A DNA stretch of 64,000 bases from Giardia intestinalis (taxonomy: Eukaryota). The notes below the pieces were generated by a model that was not told where the DNA came from, ran no database searches, and saw only the letters and a list, made by a program, of their open reading frames with translations. Made by a program: the position numbers and the translations under genes. Where the stretch lies: the NCBI GenBank assembly GCA_000002435.2, contig CM018791.1; one strand, 5' to 3'. Below, in pieces: positions 27,823 to 36,082 of this stretch; position 1 is the first letter of the stretch, and each line of letters starts with the position of its first letter.

Positions 27823-29808
27823 TTAATAGCCTCCGAAGCTATAGCGGCCGCTTTGTGTTCCTGAGAAACCCTGCTGTGCAGGCCTCCCGGCGCTAATTGG
27901 CCTATATGCGGAGGATGGCGACTGGGAGCCGTGGGGACGATTGCTGAGCGTAGGCGTACGAGGCCCCGACTGACCAGAAAAGCTACCTCGATTTGTCATC
28001 GGGCTGGCGGCGGGGGCATATCTAGAAGGCCCCGAGACCGGTCGAGTCCCTACAGATCCTTGCTGCGTGGGCGTTCGAGACTGTACATAGTCAGAGCCCC
28101 TGGAAGACATGCTCCCACGAGGCTGGGCACTTCGGGACATTCCTGGAGAGGAGCCTGATGAGTAGCTTGAGCTCATGCGATTCGATTGAGACATCCTAGC
28201 TGATGTGTGTGCCTGTTGTTGTGCCTGGGACATCTGTGGGGTCTGCTGCTGTGAATACATATGCGGTTGGGTATGACCATACGCCTGCTGGGCCGTATGT
28301 GCCGCAGACTGCTCTCCTGCCTGTTGCGCAGCAGCAGCGGCAGCTTCTGCAGCCAACTCTTCCAGCTTCCGAGGCGGTGTCGGTGGCCGGAGCTTTGTCA
28401 AACTGCCAGACCTGACAGTAGGATCGCTAGACGTACGATTGTAGGCGCCCTGACCTGCTTGACCCATCTTCGTAAGGGCTACATTTGCAAGAAGGGGTGC
28501 TGCATTCTGCCTTCCCACTTTCTGATTTTCATAGTTAGACCCAAGTGCCTTTCCATAACTTGGATTGGCACTGCGCATGCCACCAATCCCTTGGCTCTTT
28601 TGTGTCGCCGACATCTGGGAAATGTGAACAGGTGGCATCCCCATTGTGCTTTGTGGCCTGCGTGCAGACGTTGGCCGGTCACTCTGCCGAGAGATATCGC
28701 TCCTTTCAGAGATGGACTCGTTGCGGACATCTTCGCCACGTGGAGCCACGAGGATGGCCTCAAACTCATCACGGGGCACATATATGGACGACGCATCATA
28801 GGCGCTCCGTGTCGCTGTGCCGACCTTGGCAAGAATACTAACAGGCTTTGCAACAACAGCATAGCCCTCGAGGGAACTTGTAACCGGCGCTAGGTACCCG
28901 TCTGATCGGCGTTTGTGCAGAGGGAGATCCAGGTCAAAACTAATCGCAGGAAGCAGCGATGGATCCATCCGCACGGGAATACATCTCACCTGTTGCCCCG
29001 AGCGATAGGAGGGGGTCCGGGGTCTGAAAATCAATGACGATTGTGAGCCTACTGGACGCCCATTGGCATCAAAGTTAGCATATGTGGATGGTATCTGAGC
29101 CGTCACTAGGCCGTCCCGCCAGGTTATGTGCTTCTCTGGAGCCGGAGGGACTTCTACATGAATCTGGCAGTCAGAGAGGATAGCATGGATTCCCTTCTGC
29201 CTCACTAACTCTTCTGGATTGGGTTGTGCCATGACTGCGTTGAGAAAAGTATTCCGATGCAAGATTTCCTGGTGGTTAAGCTTAAGTCCTCTGGTGCTTC
29301 CAAAAATATCCTTGAACTCTCCGTATTTTGTGCGCCGGCGATTTGCAAATTCGTGAAGCTGACGTACATAATTCTGATGAGGCTTGGAGCTGAACCTTTT
29401 TGTAGTGATGAACTGAAGGGCTCTGTGAGGCGGCCAATGGAACCTGTGTACTAAGTATCCCGCCAATAAAACAACAGACCGCGAATCACCGTTGACAGAG
29501 TGGATCAAAACACACTCGTCTTTTTCGACCGCCTCGTTGACAAAACGAACGACCTGCGTAATCGTCTCATCCCTAGAATCAAACATGGTGCTATTCCCGT
29601 CCTCGTCAAATTGATATGAAAGATATCTAATCCCCACACCCTGAAAGCAATTTGTAAAGGTGTGGCTACAGCAATTAATCACTCGCGTCACTGAATTAGT
29701 AAATACAAAGTCTCGGTCCTCCGCTGCATAGCATCCACCCACAAATATGTTATCTAAAACACGGTTGGCCATGAATAGGGGCACATCGAGCATCTCACTT
29801 GAGGCCAT
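27823..29808 (-). CDS. Dual-specificity-phosphatase-fold pseudophosphatase (catalytic Cys replaced by Ser) with a ~450-aa Q/S/P-rich low-complexity C-terminus, 661 aa
   Basis: N-terminal DUSP domain: DNIFVGGCYAAED...VTRVINC...CVLIHSVNGDSRSVVLLAGYLVHRF. This matches VHCxxGxSRS except C->S. The codon is TCT, read as AGA on the plus strand in ...gagtggatcaaaac... near 29500. Candidate general-acid Asp (FDEDG) and the P-loop Arg are retained. Confidence 0.75.
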   Translation of the reverse strand: MASSEMLDVPLFMANRVLDNIFVGGCYAAEDRDFVFTNSVTRVINCCSHTFTNCFQGVGIRYLSYQFDEDGNSTMFDSRDETITQVVRFVNEAVEKDECVLIHSVNGDSRSVVLLAGYLVHRFHWPPHRALQFITTKRFSSKPHQNYVRQLHEFANRRRTKYGEFKDIFGSTRGLKLNHQEILHRNTFLNAVMAQPNPEELVRQKGIHAILSDCQIHVEVPPAPEKHITWRDGLVTAQIPSTYANFDANGRPVGSQSSLIFRPRTPSYRSGQQVRCIPVRMDPSLLPAISFDLDLPLHKRRSDGYLAPVTSSLEGYAVVAKPVSILAKVGTATRSAYDASSIYVPRDEFEAILVAPRGEDVRNESISERSDISRQSDRPTSARRPQSTMGMPPVHISQMSATQKSQGIGGMRSANPSYGKALGSNYENQKVGRQNAAPLLANVALTKMGQAGQGAYNRTSSDPTVRSGSLTKLRPPTPPRKLEELAAEAAAAAAQQAGEQSAAHTAQQAYGHTQPHMYSQQQTPQMSQAQQQAHTSARMSQSNRMSSSYSSGSSPGMSRSAQPRGSMSSRGSDYVQSRTPTQQGSVGTRPVSGPSRYAPAASPMTNRGSFSGQSGPRTPTLSNRPHGSQSPSSAYRPISAGRPAQQGFSGTQSGRYSFGGY

Positions 29809-29869
29809 AATTTCTTTAAACTTTGAATTTTTATCTCGCTAATGCCCACCACAACATGCACAGAGCCGG

Positions 29870-29876
29870 ATTTACT
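29870..29876 (-). terminator. Polyadenylation signal AGTAAAT for the coiled-coil gene 29895..30500
   Basis: AGTRAAY match 19 nt after the stop. Confidence 0.55.
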
Positions 29877-29894
29877 ACCAGTGGATACTACATC

Positions 29895-30500
29895 TTAGAA
29901 GAACTTCGACACCGTCTTTATTGTACTAAGTTCAAATCGAATGTCTGCAAGTTCCTTCTGGATCGCGAGGAGACACGAGGCGTCGCCACCAGCTTTTCTG
30001 TCATTAGAATCACATGCAAGAGACTCCATTGTACTTTTGGCCTCGTCCCTAAACGCCTCTAAGGTGTGTCGTGTGTCATCTATCTGTTCCTGAAGGTTTA
30101 AGATGTCATCGCTGTTCGCTTCCAGAACGTCCCGCACCTTTGCTAGGGTCTGTGTGAGCTGGCGAAACTGCCGCTGAGTCTCCAAGTGCCGTGTCTCCTG
30201 TGTTTCAATGAAACTGTTAATTCCCATCTCATCAAGAACCTCTCGTACTAGGTTCTTTATGAAGGTCTTGCTCACTCCTGTGGCCTCCATGCTTGCACTT
30301 TGCTCCAGCTCGTTGGCTGGGGTCGTTGCAGACGCCGTAAGGGCTTTGCTCTCTGTGTATCTCTCGCGAGCATTGAGATTTGAGCTGTGGGTGTGCGGCC
30401 GCCTGGCCGGTGACTGGGGTCGGTAAATGTAATCTCTATGAACTGCCGCCGCCTCCGAGAGATGCGGGTTCATGCATTTGACCGTCAAAAACTTGGACAT
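29895..30500 (-). CDS. Small coiled-coil protein, 201 aa, hypothetical. An alternative start at the second ATG (~30473) is possible.
   Basis: ORF with heptad-rich C-terminal half. AGTAAAT ~19 nt downstream of the stop (29870-29876). Its 5' end overlaps, or abuts by 4 nt, the divergent gene at 30472. Confidence 0.55.
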   Translation of the reverse strand: MSKFLTVKCMNPHLSEAAAVHRDYIYRPQSPARRPHTHSSNLNARERYTESKALTASATTPANELEQSASMEATGVSKTFIKNLVREVLDEMGINSFIETQETRHLETQRQFRQLTQTLAKVRDVLEANSDDILNLQEQIDDTRHTLEAFRDEAKSTMESLACDSNDRKAGGDASCLLAIQKELADIRFELSTIKTVSKFF

Positions 30501-30816
30501 TTTTATGCCGTATCGTCTGGATGTTTACGTGCCAGAGGAAGCTGTGGAGACTGTTAAAGAGGCTCTTTTTGCAGCGGGGGCAGGGAAAATAGGCAACTAT
30601 GACTGCTGTTGTTATACAACAAAAGGTGTTGGCCAGTTTAGGCCGCTTCCAGGCTCCAATCCAGCCAAGGGTAGCTTGGGTAACGTATGTGTCTGTGCCG
30701 AAGATAAGCTAGAGATGATCGTCGCTGACGGTTGTATAGACTCTGTGATAGAGGCCTTGCGAAAAGCTCACCCCTACGAGACACCGGCTTTCCAGTATTG
30801 GAAGGTCAACTCGTAG
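30472..30816 (+). CDS. Stand-alone PII/CutA-like domain protein, 114 aa (103 aa if it starts at the second ATG, ~30505). Resembles the inserted domain of YqfO-type NIF3 proteins.
   Basis: Motif string VYVPEEAVETVKEALFAAGAGKIGNYDCCCY..KGVGQFRPLPGSNPAKG...HPYETPAFQY. It resembles the GAGxIGNYxxCSF...GxGxFxPxxGANPxxG...HPYEEP signature I recall for the NIF3 insert domain, and the HPYExPE of CutA. AGTGAAC 17 nt after the stop. Confidence 0.5.
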   Translation: MHLTVKNLDIFMPYRLDVYVPEEAVETVKEALFAAGAGKIGNYDCCCYTTKGVGQFRPLPGSNPAKGSLGNVCVCAEDKLEMIVADGCIDSVIEALRKAHPYETPAFQYWKVNS

Positions 30817-30833
30817 AACGGTCGAAGCAAACG

Positions 30834-30840
30834 AGTGAAC
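30834..30840 (+). terminator. Polyadenylation signal AGTGAAC for the PII-like gene
   Basis: AGTRAAY match 17 nt after the TAG at 30814-30816. Confidence 0.6.
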
Positions 30841-30913
30841 TATGCAAACGGATAAAGAGCTCCTGACTTTATGTGGCTATTTACAAGAGGATAGGTACCC
30901 ACATGGGAGTCAA

Positions 30914-32176
30914 TCAGTAGTCATCGCCTGCGCTGAAGACCTCCGTTCCCCAACTGCCCACCATAAAAGTATGTTCAAACTGAGACGTGTGGCAGCCCGA
31001 CTTGTCACTGAGTTTGGGATACGCGTTGACAACCCCGTTCTTGACGAGCGTGTCGAGAGCAAGTTGGAAGTTCTTCTCTCCCATGGACTCAAGAGTCCTG
31101 GGACTCCATGCCAAGGTGCCAAACATGGTGCGCAGCTTAGTGAAAAGCTTCTTGGACATCTCGGGCCCCTTGATGAAGGCCGGCTGGAGTGACATGGACT
31201 TCGACGAGACCATGTAGTGAGAAACAGGGTACTCATCGCTGATCATCCCGCGGCCCGTGGATGCAAACGTTTCACATGCAAATGTCTCCCCTTCAAGCAT
31301 GCGGCCATACTCTTTTCCCTTTCCTCTGCAGTTTGGTATAGATTTGCCTGAATGTATCTTATACTTTCCAACCATGTGTCCAGACAGGTTGCGGACCGGT
31401 TGAAGCTTAATAGGTGCGTTCTGGTTCTTGTAATCCATCTCGTACGAGCAGATGATCTCTTCTATCTTATTTCCTAATTCAGATATGAGGACATCGGGAC
31501 CTGCAAGCTTAATTGCCTCTGTTGTAGCCTCCAAGCTGGCCTGCGCCAGGGGGTCGAACATAGGATCAAAGTGAATAGTGAAGGCAGAATCGATAATATA
31601 CCCATCGCAGTGAATCCCAAAGTCAACTTTGATAACATCCTTCTCAGCGATGATATGGTCATCGTGCTTGATGGGAGTATAGTGGGCAGCACAGTGGTTG
31701 TATGACAGACCAAGCGGAAAGGCCTGAGCACACCAGGCATTGTCATCTGGCTTATACGTGCAGAACTCGTCCTCAGAATGGCCGCACAAGAGGCGAATGC
31801 GGCTCTCTATGTCCTCCGCTGCGGCGTACATGCTGACTCCTACCTTGAGAACAGACCTAGCATAGGTACGAACTTGGCGGTGTATCTCGGCAGCCCTACG
31901 CATGCACTTGCGTATGTGCTCGTTATCAGCCGGTACAAAGTCTGACGACTGGGGATCGGCAGACCAAAGGAGGCGTCCCACTGGGTATGGTTTCTCCCCG
32001 AAAAAGTCATGAACCGGGAGTGTCGGAGGGGTAGTTTGCCCACAGGTGTACAGGGGGGCCTCCAAGGTGACGTTAGGAATCGGGTTGGAGTCGATGAGAG
32101 CCATCCACAAAGTAAATGACAGATGAAATAAAAGAAAAATGAAAAACCCAGTACAATTATTTTTCCACAAGACCAT
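30914..32176 (-). CDS. Methionine aminopeptidase 2 (type II MetAP). 420 aa as listed; the true start is more likely the ATG at ~32102-32104 (MALIDSNP..., ~396 aa).
   Basis: Pita-bread fold motifs (KVDFGIHCDGYIIDSAFT, HYTPIKHDD, ..SGHMVGKYKIH..) match MetAP2. The first 24 track residues (MVLWKNNCTGFFIFLLFHLSFTLW) are a translated AT-rich promoter. Confidence 0.85.
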   Translation of the reverse strand: MVLWKNNCTGFFIFLLFHLSFTLWMALIDSNPIPNVTLEAPLYTCGQTTPPTLPVHDFFGEKPYPVGRLLWSADPQSSDFVPADNEHIRKCMRRAAEIHRQVRTYARSVLKVGVSMYAAAEDIESRIRLLCGHSEDEFCTYKPDDNAWCAQAFPLGLSYNHCAAHYTPIKHDDHIIAEKDVIKVDFGIHCDGYIIDSAFTIHFDPMFDPLAQASLEATTEAIKLAGPDVLISELGNKIEEIICSYEMDYKNQNAPIKLQPVRNLSGHMVGKYKIHSGKSIPNCRGKGKEYGRMLEGETFACETFASTGRGMISDEYPVSHYMVSSKSMSLQPAFIKGPEMSKKLFTKLRTMFGTLAWSPRTLESMGEKNFQLALDTLVKNGVVNAYPKLSDKSGCHTSQFEHTFMVGSWGTEVFSAGDDY

Positions 32177-32212
32177 TACAATATGCTGTGGCCAGCTGTG
32201 ACTCGTTGTGAC

Positions 32213-33940
32213 TCACCGGTTTCGCGCACCATTGGGGTCTGTCTTCTCTTTATCTTTCTCGCAGCACAATAACAACACCAGTTCTACGGTTATGCAGACA
32301 CAGACGGCCAGACCCAGCAAAAGGAGCTGCCACAAAAGATCGTTCAGGACGGGACTGACTGAGATGAGCGTTACTAGGTAAATTGAATCTATATCATTGT
32401 CGTAGTCTGGAGTGAAGGTGAGTAGCATTGTGTACGATCCCTCATCCTTTCGCAAGCGCGCCAGCCACTCTATGCACGCGGAGGCTAGGAAATTTGTGGG
32501 ATCTGAGCAATAGAATTTAAAATTGGAAGGTGATAAATCTGTAACAGGAACCTTTAAACTTATTATTCTAGTCAGATTGTTCAAGCTCTTACTTTGCAGA
32601 TACACGTTCACTAATAGTATCGCTTCACTCATGGATGTATCCTCTGCATTAGAATCCACTGGTAGCTGTAAGAGCTTCTGAGAGACGAAGGAGATGTGGT
32701 CGCTGGCCACATAGGCGTTGATGAAACCCCAGGCGCCCAGTTTGGTGTTGGGCACGGGATAGCGAAGGACAAGGTCTTCTCTGGTACCCCCCGTGGTGTA
32801 ATTGGGGAATGTCAGTATGACCTCAGACGTTATGATGTTATTGGAAGAGATCAGCTGCGTAAGTATGTTGCATATTAAAGTGAATCTGGGTGCATCGTGG
32901 CAAATTGTGTATATAAAACTCAGTTGTGTGAGGAGCTTGAATTCTTGATAGGACGTCCACTGGAAGATTGGAATAGTTGACGAATAGTTTTTGTTGAAGA
33001 TCACGACTTGAATTTCCACTAGCTGATCGTCTGGCACCCTAATATTGGAACAGTCTTCTGTCTGGAGCAGCTCAATGCTTGTGCCAATATAATATGGGGC
33101 TATGGTGGTCAAGAAGTTGATGAAGCACGCGTGCCCGCGGTCGCTGAACACTTTCTGGACAGGGAATATCATGGCACCGCCGTAAATGGAGTTCTTGAAA
33201 TCTAACGTAAATACTCCATCAATCCCTGCCCTCCTAGTAACAGCAAAGATGGCTTCTCTGCAGGGAAAGATGCAGATGCTTTGGATTTCCGGCATGTTGA
33301 ACGAAAACTGAGCAAGGTCAAAGTTGGTGAATAGAAACTGTGCAGTGGAGTTGACTTCCATGTAAAGGGCGATCTTTAGTAACTGCGCGCGTGTCAGTGC
33401 CGAACACATGTAGGTAGGCTTTCCATGGATGGTTAAGGCAGATGTCAGGTAGTCATATGTGACCGTCACAACATTATTTTCATAGCAGTTGCTAAAGTCC
33501 AAGGTGTTGATGGTAACGGGCCCTATTGGTATCCACGTGTAGATGTTTAGATTATATATTGCCACAGACAGGACCTCTAAGCTACTGAGCGAATGGACGC
33601 ATTGGTCTATTGCATTAAGCTTATTGTTTGGCATGTTCGTAAAGCAGCTGAAGCAGATCTCGGCAGGATCTTCATAGCCGCTATAATTAAACACAGGAAA
33701 GACTCTGAAAAAAGAGTTGAAGTTGCTCGATATATTGAGCTCTGCAAAGCACCCGATATTGAGGATATTGCATTCTTGCTCTCCAGTTGCTTGAGCTAAA
33801 ATGCATATGGTGCCTCTGAGGGGATTCACGTTGACAACTCGAGCAGGGTACCAGCACTCCACGTAAGAGGGCACGGAAAAGATCACGCCAGACATGTCAA
33901 AGATGACCTGGTCAAGCCCAAAGGCTTCCAGGCCTAGCAA
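32213..33940 (-). CDS. Cys/Asn-rich type-I-like membrane protein, ~560-575 aa. Large N-glycosylation-site-rich ectodomain, single C-terminal TM, short cytoplasmic tail (...CCEKDKEKTDPNGARNR). Start uncertain: the track start is a TTG; the first ATG is ~45 nt inside.
   Basis: ORF. C-terminal hydrophobic stretch LLWQLLLLGLAVCVCITVELVLLLCC. Many NxS/T sites. An in-frame hydrophobic signal-peptide-like segment (ILWICAILLGLEA) lies upstream of the first ATG with no ATG of its own. Confidence 0.6.
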   Translation of the reverse strand: MLGLEAFGLDQVIFDMSGVIFSVPSYVECWYPARVVNVNPLRGTICILAQATGEQECNILNIGCFAELNISSNFNSFFRVFPVFNYSGYEDPAEICFSCFTNMPNNKLNAIDQCVHSLSSLEVLSVAIYNLNIYTWIPIGPVTINTLDFSNCYENNVVTVTYDYLTSALTIHGKPTYMCSALTRAQLLKIALYMEVNSTAQFLFTNFDLAQFSFNMPEIQSICIFPCREAIFAVTRRAGIDGVFTLDFKNSIYGGAMIFPVQKVFSDRGHACFINFLTTIAPYYIGTSIELLQTEDCSNIRVPDDQLVEIQVVIFNKNYSSTIPIFQWTSYQEFKLLTQLSFIYTICHDAPRFTLICNILTQLISSNNIITSEVILTFPNYTTGGTREDLVLRYPVPNTKLGAWGFINAYVASDHISFVSQKLLQLPVDSNAEDTSMSEAILLVNVYLQSKSLNNLTRIISLKVPVTDLSPSNFKFYCSDPTNFLASACIEWLARLRKDEGSYTMLLTFTPDYDNDIDSIYLVTLISVSPVLNDLLWQLLLLGLAVCVCITVELVLLLCCEKDKEKTDPNGARNR

Positions 33941-33942
33941 AA

Positions 33943-35880
33943 TTGCACAAATCCACAGTATTGATCGTTTTTAAATTGGGCATGACTAGTGGTAGCTCTA
34001 GTAAGGTCCGTCTTTTCTACACACAAGAGGGTGTACTTACCCTCACCGGGCCGTCTATCCCTGAAACGAGGGGGGTCGCTGCCCTTGCTCTTCTGCGTTA
34101 TCTCCCCACCTTGCAGGGGGTCCACTTCACAGAGCGGAGCCGTGACATCTTGGAGTGCAATGAAGCCACTGGCGAAGGCTTAGATGATGTGTACATATTA
34201 ACATCAGATGAGGAGAGCCTCCGTCTTCAAGACCTTGTGCAGGCGACCCTGGCAGAAGAGGTTACTCCGTGGGACAGCTTGCAACATCGACAGAGACAGA
34301 AGGCGAGCTCTCGCTATGACTGCGCGTTCAGTGTCTGTGTCCTTGTTGTAGGGTCTACCCTTCTATCAACCAGAGACAAGCAGAATCTTGTGATTAGCGA
34401 CCTCAACTTGCCTGGAAAATCTGATGTAACCCCCACGGCTAAGCTCAGCTTTTACGAGGCTCTTTACATGTATCCTGCATTAGATAGTAAACATTCGGGA
34501 GACACATCTTCACGTGGGGTTCCGAAGCTCATTCTGCCGGGGTATATGCTTCTTCTCAGCGACGTCTTCTTTAGCATGAAGGTCCCACAGTTTCCCAAGT
34601 TAATGATCAGGCCTCAATCGCAAGTGTGGAACCTGAGGGAAGATCTGCCACGTGACTGGTCTCTCAGCAAGCATCGAGAAGCAACAAGGCTCTTCAGCCA
34701 ACTCGGGTTTGTGCGCGCGTGCCACAGTAGTGCAGGTCAGACAACTATCCTGGGTCAGGAGATATATAACGGCTGCTTCCGAAATATGCATCTTAAGCCT
34801 CTTACATCTGAGCTTCTTGCTCGGGCGGGGGAGATCTACAAGAAGACAGTTGTTCCTATTGACGCTGAGATAGTAGACTCTAAGAGTGGAGCGATTCAAC
34901 TACACACCGGCGCTGACCACGGAAACGTCCCAGTGGTTATATCTGAAGTATATCATGGCGACTCCTATCTTAGAGAAGTCACGGTAGAGATAGCACAGTT
35001 GGCACGGCGGAATGCGTGCGTGCTAGTGCTCCTAAATAGCACCTTTCAGCAGGACTTCATCGCAGTCACTAATGCCCCAAATAAGTTTCTCCTGTACATA
35101 CGAGACCCGTTTGAAGAGCTGTTTGCCACAGCTTCAGAGTGTCCGCATGACAACACACTGAATACGGATGTGCCCGAACCTCTGCCCAAACGTGTTGATG
35201 AGAGTAAGCCCCTGTCAACGATTAAGGTCCATAGTGCTACAGATTGCAAGGATAACCCTCTCATAGAAGGCCCGCCTCTTGCTGCTCTCCTTCCGCCCTA
35301 TGCTATTACCAGTAGAGACATTTGCTATTCAGTCACGCCAGATCCTCTAGCATCTGCGTATCTCCAAGATATCGGTGAAGTAACAGATTGCACAATAGAA
35401 TTTCTTAATGTAACTTTATTATGGCAACACACAAAAGGGCATGTCTATCCCCATCACCGGTACACAAGACTCAAGGAGTCTCAGCACCTTATCTACTCCT
35501 CTAGTTCGAGTACACGCATATTAAGTACTACAACCCTTCTCACCGAGGTTACAGTGCTTAGCGACTCCACAGGCCCAGAGAAAGCTTACGTCGTCATCCC
35601 CCATGCTTTGTTTCACGAGCTTTTCCTTCAGCTTGTCCCATCGTCTGTGAGCCGGGACAACTTTGAACTGAGTGACCCCGAGACGGGTGCTGACATGCGT
35701 GACGAGCTGCCTTGTCTCTGGCCGCTGTGTGTTTTGTGTATAATCCACAGACTCAGCGTACCACGTGCCAAATTACTAATTCTACGCACTAAGTTTCCGC
35801 TGCCGCCAGATGAGGTCCCAACGAGTGCACAGCCCGGCCTCCGGTACCTTTTAGATTTAGATGCATCGAATATTAAATAG
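33943..35880 (+). CDS. Hypothetical protein, 645 aa as listed. The true ATG is probably at ~33982 (MTSGSSSKVRLF..., ~632 aa).
   Basis: The track start codon is TTG. The first ATG lies 39 nt downstream. No recognisable domain. Confidence 0.6.
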   Translation: MHKSTVLIVFKLGMTSGSSSKVRLFYTQEGVLTLTGPSIPETRGVAALALLRYLPTLQGVHFTERSRDILECNEATGEGLDDVYILTSDEESLRLQDLVQATLAEEVTPWDSLQHRQRQKASSRYDCAFSVCVLVVGSTLLSTRDKQNLVISDLNLPGKSDVTPTAKLSFYEALYMYPALDSKHSGDTSSRGVPKLILPGYMLLLSDVFFSMKVPQFPKLMIRPQSQVWNLREDLPRDWSLSKHREATRLFSQLGFVRACHSSAGQTTILGQEIYNGCFRNMHLKPLTSELLARAGEIYKKTVVPIDAEIVDSKSGAIQLHTGADHGNVPVVISEVYHGDSYLREVTVEIAQLARRNACVLVLLNSTFQQDFIAVTNAPNKFLLYIRDPFEELFATASECPHDNTLNTDVPEPLPKRVDESKPLSTIKVHSATDCKDNPLIEGPPLAALLPPYAITSRDICYSVTPDPLASAYLQDIGEVTDCTIEFLNVTLLWQHTKGHVYPHHRYTRLKESQHLIYSSSSSTRILSTTTLLTEVTVLSDSTGPEKAYVVIPHALFHELFLQLVPSSVSRDNFELSDPETGADMRDELPCLWPLCVLCIIHRLSVPRAKLLILRTKFPLPPDEVPTSAQPGLRYLLDLDASNIK

Positions 35881-36010
35881 AGAGCAATAGATTTTACGAG
35901 GATTGCTGGAGATATTATTTCGCCAAAATTAAAGTAACAATAATTCTTGTTTCTTGCAGCTATCTCTTGTAAATTCTTTGCTTGAAACATTGAAGAAAGA
36001 AAATAAGTAA

Positions 36011-36043
36011 ATCTACAGCGCCACAAAATATTCCACTGTAGAT
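36011..36043. repeat. Perfect 8-bp inverted repeat (atctacag ... ctgtagat) with a 17-nt loop, 40 bp upstream of the glycogen-debranching-enzyme ATG
   Basis: Read directly from the sequence in the 202-bp AT-rich spacer 35881..36082. An AGTAAAT at ~36006-36012 just upstream could be the polyA signal of the preceding gene. Confidence 0.5.
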
Positions 36044-36082
36044 ATACTTTTTACATATTTTTTAGTTTACAGGACAAAAAGA

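Noticed and set aside
28261-28893. 210-aa plus-strand ORF inside the pseudophosphatase low-complexity region
   Set aside because: Antisense to the Q/S-rich coding repeat, Cys/Arg/Leu-rich nonsense, no signals.
30842-31192. 116-aa plus-strand ORF
   Set aside because: Almost entirely antisense to the well-supported MetAP2 gene; begins inside the convergent spacer.
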